Part shown: one piece after another, positions 38,611 to 53,800 of the stretch
Layout of the letters: every line of letters starts with the position of its first letter
Position numbering within the stretch: the stretch's first letter is position 1
From: Eledone cirrhosa
Taxonomy: Eukaryota
Assembly (NCBI GenBank): GCA_964016885.1
Contig: OZ024740.1
Span: 407,402,001 to 407,466,000 of the forward strand
Length of the DNA stretch: 64,000 nt
Reading direction: 5' to 3'
The notes under the pieces: generated by a model
Database searches by the model: none
What the model was told of the DNA's origin: nothing
What the model saw: only the letters and a program-made list of their open reading frames with translations
Position numbers and translations under genes: made by a program

Positions 38611-38890
38611 ATATTCACTTATAAAAAGGTTGTTGATAGGAAGGACATGAATTTGTAGAAAACTTATTCCAAAAAAAGGACCGGGAGGAGCCTGCACCTA
38701 TGTCTCAGACATGACAACCACCCTAGTGATGGTGCTACAATAATATGCAATGTTAGACGGCCGGAACGCATGTCAGAAATATGCAAGTTCTTGGTTCATA
38801 CGAGTTGTTAGTTGGTCGGCTTCATTAATCACTTGGTGTGTAATGATCAATGGAACCTTTGCTAACTGGTAGAACTAATTTTAAATGATG

Positions 38891-41800
38891 ATCTCACTGC
38901 TGTCTTCACATCTCTATACTGTCTTCACATCTCACTACTGTCTCCTCATCTCTCTACTGTCCTCACATCTCTCTACTGTCTTCACATCTCTCTACTGTCT
39001 TCACATCTCACTACTGTCCTCACATCTCATTACTGTCTTCACATCTCTCTACTGTCTTCACATCTTTCTATTGTACTCACATCTCTCTACTGTCTTCACA
39101 TCACTATACTGTCTTCCCATCTCACTACTGTCTTCATATCTGACTACTGTCCTCACATTTCACTACTGTCCTCACAACTCTCTACTGTCCTCACATCTCT
39201 CTACTGTCTTCACATCTCTCTACTGTCTTCACATCTCGCTACTGTCTTCACATATCACTACTGTACTCACATCTCACTACTGTCCTTACATCTCTCTACT
39301 ATCTTCACATCTCACTACTGTCCTCACAACTGTCTACTGACTTCACATCTTTCTACTGTCTTCAGATCTCTCTACCGTCTTCACATGTCATTACTGTCCT
39401 CACATCTCTCTACTGTCTTCACATCTCACTACTGTCCTCACATCTCACTACTGTCTTCACATCTCTCTACTCTCCTCCCATCTCTCTACTGTCCTCACAG
39501 TCTACTGTCTTCACATCTCACTACTTTCTTCACATCTCTCTACTGTCCTCACATTTCTCTACTGTCTTCACATCTGACTACTGTCTTCACATCTCTCTAC
39601 TGTCTTCACATCACTCTACTGTCCTCACATCTTACTACTGTACTTACATCTCTCTACTCTCATCAGATCTCACTACTGTCTTGATATCTCTCTACTGTCT
39701 TCACATCTCATTACTCTTTTCACATCTAAATAATCTGTCTTGACATCTCTCTACTGTCGTTACAACTGTCTACTGTCTTCACATCTCACTACTGTCTTCA
39801 AATCTCATTGCTGTCCTCACGTCTTACTACTGTCTTCACATCTTACTACTGTCTTAACATCTCACTACTGTCTTCACATCTCACTACTGTCCTCACAACA
39901 GTCTACTGTCTTCACGTCTTTCTACTGTCTTCACATCTCTTTACCGTCTTCACATCTCACTACTGTCCTCACATCTCAATACTGTCCTCACATCTCACTG
40001 CTGTCTTCACATCTCTCTACTGTCTTCACATCTCACTAGTGTCTTCACATCTCTCTACTGTATTTACATCTCATTACTGTCCTCACATCTCACTACTGTC
40101 TTCACATCTCTCTAATGTCTTCACATCTCACTAGTGTCCTCACATCTCACTACTGTCTTCACATCTCTCTACTGTCTTCATATCTCTCTACTGACTTCAC
40201 ATCCCTCTACTGTCTTCACATCTCTCTACTGTCTTCACATCTCACGACTGTCCTCACATCTCACTACTGTCTTCACAACTGTCTACTGTCTTCACATCTT
40301 TCTACTGTCTTCAGATCTCTCTACTATCTTCACATCTCTCTACTGTCTTACAATCTCACTACTGTCTTGACATCTCTCTACTGTCCTCACATCTCTCTAC
40401 TGTCCTCACATCTCACTATTGTCTTCACATCTCACTATTTTCTTAACATCTCTCTACTGTCCTCACATTTCTCTACTGTGTTCACATCTCTCTACTGCCC
40501 TCACATCTTACTACTGTACTTACATCTCTCTACTCTCATCAGATCTCACTACTGTCTTCACATCTCTCTACTGTCTTCACATCTCATCACCCACTTCACA
40601 TCTCACTACAGTCTTGACATCTCTCTACTGTCCTCACAACTGGCTACTGTCTTCATATCTGACTACTGTCTTCACATCTTACTACTGTCTTCACATCTTA
40701 CTACCATATTCACATGTTACTACTGTCTTCACATCTCACTGCTGCCTTCACATCTTACTACTGTCTTCACATATCACTACTGTCTTCACATCTCACTACT
40801 GTCATTACATCTTACTACTGTCCTTACATGTCTCTACTGTCCTCACATCTCACTACTGTCTTCACATCTTACTACTGTCCTTACATGTCTCTACTGTCCT
40901 CACATCTCTCTAGTGTCTCCACATCTCACTGCTGTCCTCACACCTCTCTACTGTCTTCCCATCTCACTACTATCTTCACATCTCTCTACTTTCCTCACAT
41001 ATCACTACTATCTTCACTTCTCTCTACTGTCCTCACATCTCACTACTGTCTTCACATCTCACTACTGTCCTCACATCTCACTACTGTCTGCACATCTCAA
41101 TACTGTCTTCACATATCTCTACTGTCCTCACATCTGACTACTGTCTTCACAACTTACTACTGTCTTCACATCTCTCTACTGTCCTCATATCTTACTACTG
41201 TCCTCACATCTCACTACTGTCTTCACATCTCACTACTGTCTACACAACTTACTACTGTCTTCACCTCTCTACTGTCCTCACATCTCACTAATGTCTTCAA
41301 ATCTCACTACTGTCTTCACATCTCAATATTGTCTTCACATCTCTCTACTGTCCGCACATCTCTCTACTGTCTTCACATTCACTAGTGTCCTCACATCTCA
41401 CTACTGTCTTCACATCTCACTACTGTCTTCACATCTATCTACTGTCTTGACATCTCCCTACTGTCTTCACATCTCACTAGTGTCTTCACATCTCTCTACT
41501 GTCTTTACATCTCTCTACTGTCGTCACATCTCACTACTGTCCTCACATCTCACTACTGTCTTCACATCTCTCTTCTGTCTTCACATCTCACTATTGTCTT
41601 CACATCTCTCTACTGTATTTACATCTCATTACTGTCCTCACATCTCACTACTGTCTTCACATCTCTCTAATGTCCTCACATCTCACTACTGTCTTCACAT
41701 CTCTCATCTGTCTTCACATCTCTCTACTGTCTTCATATCTCTCTACTGACTTCACATCCCTCTACTGTCTTCACATCTCACTACTGTCCTCACGTCTCAC

Positions 41801-44800
41801 TACTGTCTTTATATCTCTCTACTGCCTTAACATCTCTCTACTGTCTTCACATCGCTCTACTGTCTTCCCATGTCACTACTGTCTTCATATCTGACTACTG
41901 TCTTGACATCTCTCTACTGTCTTCACAACAGTCTCCTGTCTTCACATCTCTCTACTGTCTTCATATCTCTCTACTGTCTTCACATCCCTCTACTGTCTTC
42001 ACATCTCTCTACTGTCTTCATATCTCTCTACTGACTTCACATCCCTCTACTGTCTTCACATCTCACTACTGTCCTCACATCTCACTACTGTCTTTATATC
42101 TCTCTACTGCCTTAACATCTCTCTACTGTCTTCACATCGCTCTACTGTCTTCCCATGTCACTACTGTTTTCACATCTCTCTACTGTCTTCACATTCACTA
42201 GTGTCCTCATATCTCACTACTGTCTTCACATCTCACTACTGTTTTTACATCTACCTACTGTCTTCACATCGCACTACTGTCTCCACATCTCTCTACTGTC
42301 CTCACATCTCTGTACTGTCTTCACATCTCACTAGTGTCCTCACATCTCACTAGTGTCTTCACATCTCTCTAATGTATTTACATCTCATTACTGTCCTCAC
42401 ATCTCACTACTGTCTTCACATTTCTCTACTGTCTTCACATCTCACTACTGTCCTCACATCTCACTACTGTCTTCACATCACTCTTCTGTCTTCACATCTC
42501 TCTACTGTTTTCATATCGCTCTACTGAATTCACATCCCTCTACTGTCCTCACATCTCACTACTGTCTTCACATCTCACTACTGTTTTTACATCTATCTAC
42601 TGTCTTCACATCTCACTACTGTCTTCACATCTATCTACTGTCTTCACATCTCTCTACTGTCTTCACATCTTACTAGTGTCTTCACATCTCTCTACTGTCT
42701 TTACATCTCATTACTGTCCTCACATCTCACTACTGTCTTTACATCTCATTACTGTCCTCACATCTCACTACTGTCTTCACATCTCTCTACTGTCTTCACA
42801 TTCACTAGTGTCCTCATATCTAACTACTGTCTTCACATCTCACTACTGTTTTTACATCTACCTACTGTCTTCACATCGCACTACTGTCTCCACATCTCTC
42901 TACTGTCCTCACATCTCTCTACTCTCTTCACATCTCACTAGTGTCCTCACATCTCACTACTGTCTTCACATCTCTCTACTGTCCTCACATCTCTCTACTG
43001 TCTTCACATCTCTCTACTGTCTTCACATCTCACTATTGTCCTCACAACTCACTACTGTCTTCACGTCTCTGTTCTGTCTTCACATCTCACTACTGTCCCC
43101 ACATCTCACTACTGTCTTCACATCTCTCTTCTGTCTTCACATCTCTCTACTGTCTTCACATCGCTCTACTGTTTTCCCATCTCACTACTGTCATCATATC
43201 TGATTACTGTCTTGACATCTCTCTACTGTCCTCACAACTGTCTACTGTCTTCACATCTCTCTACTGTCTTCACATCTCTCTAATGTCTTCACATCTCATT
43301 GCTGTACCCATATCTTACTACTGTCTTCACATCTTACTACTGTCTTCACATCTCACTTCCGTCTTCACATCTCACTACTGTCCTGACAACAGTCTACTGT
43401 CTTGACGTCTTTCTACTGTTTTCACATCTCTTTACCGTCTTCACATCTCACTACGGTCCTCACATCTCACTACTGTCTTCACATCTCACTACTGTCTTCA
43501 CATCCCTCTACTGTCTTCACATCTCTCTAATGTCTTCACATCTCATTGCTGTACTCATATCTTACTACTGTCCTCACATCTCACTACTGTCTCCACATCT
43601 TAATACTGTTGCCACATCTCATTACCATATTCACATCTCACTACTGTCTTCACATCTCAATATTGTCTTCACATCTCACTACTGTCTACACAACTTACTA
43701 CTGTCTTCACATCTCTCTACTGTCCTCACATCTCACTACTGTCTTCACATCTCACTAGTCTCTTCACATCTCAATACTGTCTTAACATCTCTCTACTGTC
43801 CTCACATCTCTCTACTGTCTTCACATTCACTAGTGTCCTCACATCTCACTACTGTCTTCACATCTTACTACTCTCTTCACATCTATCTACTGTCTTCACA
43901 TCTCTCTACTGTCTTCACATCTCACTACTGTCCTCACATCTCACTACTGTCTTCACATCTCTCTTCTGTCTTCACATCTCTCTACTGTCTTCATATCTCT
44001 CTACTGAATTCACATCCCTCTACTGTCTTCACATCTCTCTACTGTCTTCACATCTCACTAGTGTCTTCACATCTCTCTACTGTATTTACATCTTATTACT
44101 GTCCTCACATCTCACTACTGTCTTCACATCTCTCTACTGTCTTCACATCTCATTAGTGTCCTCACATCTCACTACTGTCTTCACATCTCTCTACTGTCCT
44201 CACATCTCACTACTGTCTTCACATCTCTCTACTGTCTTCATATCTCTCTACTGTCTTCACATCTCTCTACTGTCCTCACATCTCACTACTGTCTTCACAT
44301 CTCTCTACTGTCTTCACATCTCATTAGTGTCCTCACATCTCACTACTGTCTTCACATCTCTCTACTGTCCTCACATCTCACTACTGTCTTCACATCCCTC
44401 TACTGTTTTCACATCTCTCTACTGTCTTCACATCTCTCTACTGTCCTCACATCTCACTACTGTCTTCACATCTCTCTACTGTCCTCACATCTCACTACTG
44501 TCTTCACATCTCTCTACTGTCTTCACATCTCTCTACTGTCGTCACATCTCATTGCTGTCCTCACATCTTACTACTGTCTTCACATCTCACTACTGTCTTC
44601 ACATCTTAATACTGTCTTCACATCTCACTACTGTGCTCACAACAGTCTACTGTCTTCACGTCTTTCTACTGTCTTTACATCTCTTTACCGTCTTCACATC
44701 TCACTACTGCCCTGACATCTCTCTACTGTCCTCCCATCTCACTACTGTCCTCACATCTCACTACTGTCTTCACAGCCCTCTATTGTCCTCACATCTCTCT

Positions 44801-47800
44801 ACTGTCTTCACATCTCTCTTCTGTCCTCAGATCTCTCTACTGTCTTCACATTCACTAGTGTCCTCACATCTCACTACTGTCTTCACATCTCACTACTGTT
44901 TTTACATCTATCTACTGTCTTCACATCTCACTACTGTCTTCACATCTATCTACTGTCTTCACATCTCTCTACTGCCTTCACATCTTACTAGTGTCTTCAC
45001 GTCTCTCTACTGTCTTCACATTCACTAGTGTCCTCATATCTCACTACTGTCTTCACATCTCACTACTGTTTTTAGATCTACCTACTGTCTTCACATCGCA
45101 CTACTGTCTCCACATCTCTCTACTGTCCTCACATCTCTCTAATGTCTTCACATCTCACTAGTGTCCTCACATCTCACTAGTGTCTTCACATCTCTCTAAT
45201 GTATTTACATCTCATTACTGTCCACACATCTCACTACTGTCTTCACATTTCTCTACTGTCTTCACATCTCACTACTGTCCTCACATCTCACTACTGTCTT
45301 CACATCACTCTTCTGTCTTCACATCTCTCTACTGTTTTCATATCTCTCTACTGAATTCACATCCCTCTACTGTCCTCACATCTCACTACTGTCTTCACAT
45401 CTCACTACTGTTTTTACATCTATCTACTGTCTTCACATCTCACTACTGTCTTCACATCTCTCTACTGTCTTTACATCTCATTACTGTCCTCACATCTCAC
45501 TACTGTCTTCACATCTCACTAGTGTCCTCTCATCTCACTACTGTCTTCACATCTCTCTACTGTCCTCACATCTCTCTACTGTCTTCACATCTCTCTACTG
45601 TCTTCACTTCTCACTACTGTCCTCACAACTCACTACTGTCTTCACATCTCTGTTCTGTCTTCACATCTCACTACTGTCCTCACATCGCTCTACTGTCTTC
45701 CCATGTCACTACTGTCTTCATATCTGACTACTGTCTTGACATCTCTCTACTGTCCTCACAACAGTCTACTGTCTTCACATCTCACTACTGTCTTCACATC
45801 TCTCTACTGTCTTCACATCTCTCTACTGTCTTCACATCTCTCTACTGTCTTCACATATCATTGCTGTCCTCACATCTTACTACTGTCTTCACATCTTACT
45901 ACTGTCTTCACATCTCTCTACTGTCTTCACATCTCACTAGTGTCTTCACATCTCTCTACTGTCTTCACATCTCACTAGTGTCCTCACACCTCACTACTGT
46001 CTTCACATCTCTCTACTGTCCTCACATCTCACTACTGTCCTCACAGCTCTCTACTGTCCTCACATATCTCTACTGTCTTCACATCTCTTTACTCTCTTCA
46101 CATCTCACTACTGTCTTCACATGTCACTACTGTTTTCACATGTCTCTACTGCCTTCACATCACTCTACTGTCTTAACATCTCTCTACTGTCTTCATATCT
46201 CTCTACTGACTTCACATCCTTCTATTGTCTTCACATCTCAATACTGTCTTCACATCTTTCTACTGTCATCCCATCTCTCTACTGTCCTCACATCTCTCTA
46301 CTGTCTTCACATTCACTAGTGACCTCCCATTTCACTACTGTCTTCACATCTCACTACTGTTTTTACATATATCTACTGTCTTCACATCTGACTACTGTCT
46401 TCACATCTCTCTACTGTCCTCACATCTCTCTACTGTCTTCACATCTCTCTACTCTCTTCACATCTCACTACTGTCCTCACATCTATCTACTGTCTTCACA
46501 TCTCACTACTGTCTTCACATCTATCTAGTGTCTTCACATCTCTCTACTGTCTTCACATCTTACTAGTGTCTTCACATATCTCTACTGTCTTTACATCTCA
46601 TTACTGTCCTCACATCTCACTACTGTCTTCACATTTCTCTACTGTCTTCACATTCACTAGTGTCCTCATATCTCACTACTGTCTTAACATCTCACTACTG
46701 TTTTTACATCTACCTACTGTCTTCACATCGCACTACTGTCTCCACATCTCTCTACTGTCCTCACATCTCTCTACTGTCTTCACATCTCACTAGTCTCCTC
46801 ACATCTCACTACTGTCTTCACATCTCTCTAGTGTCCTCACATCTCTCTACTGTCTTCACATCTCTCTACTGTCTTCACATCTCACTATTGTCCTCACAAC
46901 TCACTACTGTCTTCACATCTCTGTTCTGTCTTCACATCTCACTACTGTCCTCACATCTCACTACTGTCTTAACATCTCTCTTCTGTCTTCACATCTCTCT
47001 ACTGTCTACATATCTCTCTACTGACTTCACATCCCTCTACTGTCTTCACAACTCACTACTGTCCTTACATCTCATTACTGTCTTCACATCTCTCTACTGC
47101 CTTCAAATCTCTCTACTGTCTTCACATCGCTCTACTGTTTTCCCATCTCACTACTGTCATCATATCTGATTACTGTCTTGACATCTCTCTACTGTCCTCA
47201 CAACTGTCTACTGTCTTCACATCTCACTACTGTCTTCACATCTCTCTACTGTCTTCACATCTCTCTAATGACTTCACATCTCATTGCTGTACTCATATCT
47301 TACTACTGTCTTCACATCTTACTACTGTCTTCACATCTCACTTCTGTCTTCACATCTCACTACTGTCCTCACAACAGTCTACTATCTTGACGTCTTTCTA
47401 CTGTCTTCACATCTCTTTACCGTCTTCACATCTCACTATGGTCCTCACATCTCATTACTGTCTTCACATCTCACTACTGTCTTCACATCTCTCTACTGTC
47501 TTCACATCTCTCTAATGTCTTCACATCTCATTGCTGTACTCATATCTTACTACTGTCCTCACATCTCACTACTGTCTCCACATCTTAATACTGTTGCCAC
47601 ATCTCATTACCGTCTTCACATCTCACTACTGTCTTCACATCTCAATATTGTCTTCACGTCTCACTACTGTCTACACAACTTACTACTGTCTTCACATCTC
47701 TCTACTGTCCTCACATCTCACTACTGTCTTCACATCTCACTAGTCTCTTCACATCTCAATACTGTCTTCACATCTCTCTACTGTCCTCAGATCTCTCTAC

Positions 47801-50800
47801 TGTCTTCACATTCACTAGTGTCCTCACATCTCATTACTGTCTTCACATCTTAATACTGTCTTCACATCTATCTACTGTCTTCACATCTCTCTACTGTCTT
47901 CACATCTCACTACTGTCCTCACATCTCACTACTGTCTTCACATCTCTCTTCTGTCTTCACATCTCTCTACTGTCTTCATATTTCTCTACTGAATTCACAT
48001 CCCTCTACTGTCTTCACATCTCTCTACTGTCTTCACATCTCACTAGTGTCTTCACATCTCTCTACTGTATTTACATCTTATTACTGTCCTCACATCTCAC
48101 TACTGTCTTCACATCTCTCTACTGTCCTTACATCTCATTACTGCCTTCACATCTCTCTACTGCCTTCACATCTCTCTACCGTCTTCACATCGCTCTACTG
48201 TCTTCCCATGTCACTACTGTCTTCATATCTGACTACTGTCTTGACATCTCTCTACTGTCCTCACAACAGTCTACTGTCTTCACATCTCACTACTGTCTTC
48301 ACATCTCTCTACTGTCTTCACATCTCTCTACTGTCTTCACATCTCACTAGTGTCTTCACATCTCTCTACTGTATTTACATCTCATTACTGTCCTCACATC
48401 TCACTACTGTCTTCACATCTCACTACTGTCTTCACATCTCTCTACTGTCCTCCCATCTCTCTACTGTCCTCACATCTCACTACTGTCTACACATCTTAAT
48501 ACTGTTGCCACATCTCATTACCGTCTTCACATCTCACTACTGTCTTCACATCTCAATATTGTCTTCACATATCACTACTGTCTACACAACTTACTACTGT
48601 CTTCACATCTCTCTACTGTCCTCACATCTCACTACTGTCTTCACATCTCACTAGTCTCTTCACATCTCTCTACTGTCGTCACATCTCATTGCTGTCCTCA
48701 CATCTTACTACTGTCTTCACATCTCACTACTGTCTTCAAATCTTAATACTGTCTTCACATCTCACTACTGTGCTCACAACAGTCTACTGTCTTCACGTCT
48801 TTCTACTGTCTTTACATCTCTTTACCGTCTTCACATCTCACTACTGTCCTGACATCTCTCTACTGTCCTCCCATCTCACTACTGTCCTCACATCTCACTA
48901 CTGTCTTCACAGCCCTCTACTGTCCTCACATCTCTGTACTATCCTCACATCTCTCTACTGTCTTCACATTCACTAGTGTCCTCACATCTCACTACTGTCT
49001 TCACATCTCACTACTGTTTTTACATCTATCTACTGTCTTCACATCTCACTACTGTCTTCACATCTATCTACTGTCTTCACATCTCTCTACTGTCTTCACA
49101 TCTTACTAGTGTCTTCACAACTCTCTACTGTCTTTACATCTCATTACTGTCCTCACATCTCACTACTGTCTTCACATTTCTCTACTGTCTTCACATTCAC
49201 TAGTGTCCTCATATCTCACTACTGTCTTCACATCTCACTACTGTTTTTACATCTACCTACTGTCTTCACATCGCACTACTGTCTCCACATCTCTCTACTG
49301 TCCTCACATCTCTCTACTGTCTTCACATCTCACTAGTGTCCTCACATCTCACTACTGTCTTCACATCTCTCTAGTGTCCTCACATCTCTCTACTGTCTTC
49401 ACAGCTCTCTACTGTCTTCACATCTCACTATTGTCCTCACAACTCACTATTGTCTTCACATCTCTGTTCTGTCTTCACATCTCACTACTGTCCTCACATC
49501 TCACTACTCTCTTCACATCTCTCTTCTGTCTTCACATCTCTCTACTGTCTTCATATCTCTCTACTGACTTCACATCCCTCTACTGTCTTCACATCTCACT
49601 ACTGTCCTTACATCTCATTACTGTCTTCACATCTCTCTACTGCCTTCACATCTCTCTACTGTCTTCACATCGCTCTACTGTTTTCCCATCTCACTACTGT
49701 CATCATATCTGATTACTGTCTTGGCATCTCACTACTGTCTTCACATCTCTCTAATGACTTCACATCTCATTGCTGTACTCATATCTTACTACTGTCTTCA
49801 CATCTTACTACTGTCTTCACATCTCACTTCTGTCTTCACATCTCACTACTGTCCTCACAACAGTCTACTGTCTTGACGTCTTTCTACTGTCTTCACATCT
49901 CTTTACCGTCTTCACATCTCACTACGGTCCTCACATCTCACTACTGTCTTCACATCTCACTACTGTCTTCACATCTCTCTACTGTCTTCACATCTCTCTA
50001 ATGTCTTCACATCTCATTGCTGTATTCATATCTTACTACTGTCCTCACATCTCACTACTGTCTCCACATCTTAATACTGTTGCCACATCTCATTACCGTC
50101 TTCACATCTCACTACTGTCTTCACATCTCAATATTGTCTTCACATCTCACTACTGTCTACACAACTTACTACTGTCTCCACATCTCTCTACTGTCCTCAC
50201 ATCTCACTACTGTCTTCACATCTCACTACTCTCTTCACATCTCAATACTGTCTTTACATCTCTCTACTGTCCTCACATCTCTCTACTGTCTTCACATTCA
50301 CTAGTGTCCTCACATCTCACTACTGTCTTCACATCTCACTACTGTTTTCACATCTATCTACTGTCTTCACATCTCCCTACTGTCTTCACATCTCACTAGT
50401 GTCTTCACATCTCTCTACTGTCCTCACATCTCACTACTGTCTTCACATCTATCTACTGTCTTTACATCTCTCTACTGTCTTCACATCTCACTACTGTCCT
50501 CACATCTCACTACTGTCTTCACATCTCTCTTCTGTCTTCACATCTCTCTACCGTCTTCATACCTCTCTACTGACTTCACATCCCTCTACTGTCTTCACAT
50601 CTCTCTACTGTCTTCACATCTCACTAGTGTCTTCACATCTCTCTACTGTATTTACATCTCATTACTGTCCTCACATCTCACTACTGTCTTCACATCTCTC
50701 TACTGTCTTCACATCTCGCTAGTGTCCTCACATCTCACTACTGTCTTCACATCTCTCTACTGTCCTCACATCTCACAACTGTTTTCACATCTCTCTACTG

Positions 50801-53800
50801 TCTTCATATCTCTGTACTGACTTCACATCCCTCTACTGTCTTCACATCTCTCTACTGTCTTCACATCTCTCTACTGTCCTCACATCTCACTACTGTCTTC
50901 ACATCTCTATTTTGTCTTCCCATCTCTCTACTGTCTTCATATCTCTCTACTGACTTCACATCCCTCTACTGTCTTCACATCTCACTACTATCCTCACATC
51001 TCACTACTGTCTTCATATCTCTCTACTGCCTTAACATCTCTCTACTGTCTTCACATCGCTCTACTGTCTTCCCATGTCACTACTGTCTTCATATCTGACT
51101 ACTGTCTTGACATCTCTCTACTGTCCTCACAACAGTCTACTGTCTTCTCATCTCACTACTGTTTTCACATCTCTCTACTGTCTTCACATATCATTGCTGT
51201 CCTCACATCTTACTACTGTCTTCACATCTTACTACTGTCTTCACATCTCTCTTCTGTCTTCACATCTCACTACTGTCCTCACAACAGTCTACTGTCTTCA
51301 CGTCTTTCTACTGTCTTTACATCTCTTTACCGTCTTCACATCTCACTACTGTCCTCACATCTCACTACTGTCTTCACATCTCTCTACTGTCCTCCCATCT
51401 CTCTACTGTCTTCACATCTCACTACTGTCTTCACAGCTCTCTACTGTCCTCACATATCTCTACTGTCTTCACATCTATCTACTCTCTTCACATCTCACTA
51501 CTGTCTTTACATGTCACTACTGTCTTCACATCTCTCTACTGTCTTCACATCTCAATACTGTCTTCACATCTTTCTACTGTCATCCCATCTCTCTACTGTC
51601 CTCACATCTCACTACTGTCCTCACATCTCTCTACTGTCTTCACATTCACTAGTGACCTCACATTTCACTACTGTCTTCACATCTCACTACTGACTTCACA
51701 TCCCTCTACTGTCTTCACATCTCACTAATGTCTTCACATCTCTCTACTGTCTTCACATCTCTCTACTGCCTTCACATCTCTCTACTGTCTTCACATCTCT
51801 CTACTGCCTTCACATCTCTCTACTGTCTTCACATCGCTCTACTCTCTTCCCATCTCACTACTGTCATCATATCTGATTACTGTCTTGACATCTCTCTACT
51901 GTCCTCACAACTGTCTACTGTCTTCACATCTCACTACTGTCTTCACATCTCTCTACTGTCTTCACATCTCTCTAATGTCTTCACATCTCATTGCTGTACT
52001 CATATCTTACTACTGTCTTCACATCTTACTACTGTCTTCACATCTCACTTCTGTCTTCACATCTCACTACTGTCCTCACAACAGTCTACTGTCTTGACGT
52101 CTTTCTACTGTCTTCACATCTCTTTACCGTCTTCACATCTCACTACGGTCCTCACATCTCACTACTGTCTTCACATCTCTCTACTGTCCACCCATCTCTC
52201 TACTGTCCTCACATCTCACTACTGTCTCCACATCTTAATACTGTTGCCACATCTCATTAGCGTCTTCACATCTCACTACTGTCTTCACATCTCAATATTG
52301 TCTTCACATCTCACTACTGTCTACACAACTTACTACTGTCTTCACATCTCTCTACTGTCCTCACATCTCACTACTGTCTTCACATCTCACTACTTTCTTC
52401 ACATCTCAATACTGTCTTTACATCTCTCTACTGTCCTCACATCTCTCTACTGTCTTCACATTCACTAGTGTCCTCACATCTCACTACTGTCTTCACATCT
52501 CACTACTGTCTTCACATCTCCCTACTGTCTTCACATCTCACTAGTGTCTTCACATCTCTCTACTGTCTTTACATCTCTCTACTGTCTTCACATCTCACTA
52601 CTGTCCTCATATCTCACTACCGTCTTCACATCTCTCTTCTGTCTTCACATCTCACTACCGTCTTCATATCTCTCTACTGACTTCACATCCCTCTACTGTC
52701 TTCACATCTCTCTACTGTCTTCACATCTCTCTACTGTATTTACATCTCATTACTGTCCTCACATCTCACTACTGTCTTCACATCTCTCTACTGTCTTCAC
52801 ATCTCACTAGTGTCCTCACATCTCACTACTGTCTTCACATCTCTCTACTGTCCTCACATCTCACAACTGTTTTCACATCTCTCTACTGTCTTCATATCTC
52901 TGTACTGACTTCACATCCCTCTACTGTCTTCACATCTCTCTACTGTCTTCACATCTCTCTACTGTCCTCACATCTCACTACTGTCTTCACATCTCTCTTT
53001 TGTCTTCCCATCTCTCTACTGTCTTCATATCTCTCTAGTGACTTCACATCCCTCTACTGTCTTCACATCTCACTACTGTCCTCACATCTCACTACTGTCT
53101 TCACATCTCTCTACTGCCTTAACATCTCTCTACTGTCTTCACATCGCTCTACTGTCTTCCCATGTCACTACTGTCTTCATATCTGACTACTGTCTTGACA
53201 TCTCTCTACTGTCCTCACAACAGTCTACTGTCTTCACATCTCACTACTGTCTTCACATCTCTCTACTGTCTTCACATCTCTCTACTGTCTTCACATATCA
53301 TTGCTGTCCTCACATCTTACTACTGTCTTCACATCTTACTACTGTCTTCACATCTCTCTTCTGTCTTCACATCTCACTACTGTCCTCACAACAGTCTACT
53401 GTCTTCACGTCTTTCTACTGTCTTTACATCTCTTTACCGTCTTCACATCTCACTACTGTCTTCACATGTCACTACTGTCTTCACATCTCTCTACTGTCTT
53501 AACATCTCTCTACTGTCTTAACATCTCTCTACTGTCTTCATATCTCTCTACTGAATACACATCCCTCTACTGTCTTCACATCTCAATACTGTCTTCACAT
53601 CTTTCTACTGTCATCCCATCTCTCTACTGTCCTCACATCTCACTACTGTCCTCACATCTCTCTACTGTCTTCATATTCACTAATGACCTCACATTTCACT
53701 ACTCTCTTCACATCTCACTACTGTTTCTACATCTATCTACTGTCTTCACATCTCACTACTGTCTTCACATCTCTCTACTGTCTTCACATCTCTCTACTGC

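Noticed and set aside
38611-38890. Possible next FPGS exon between the satellites
   Set aside because: No WPGR-type motif or convincing acceptor and donor; looks like repeat remnants
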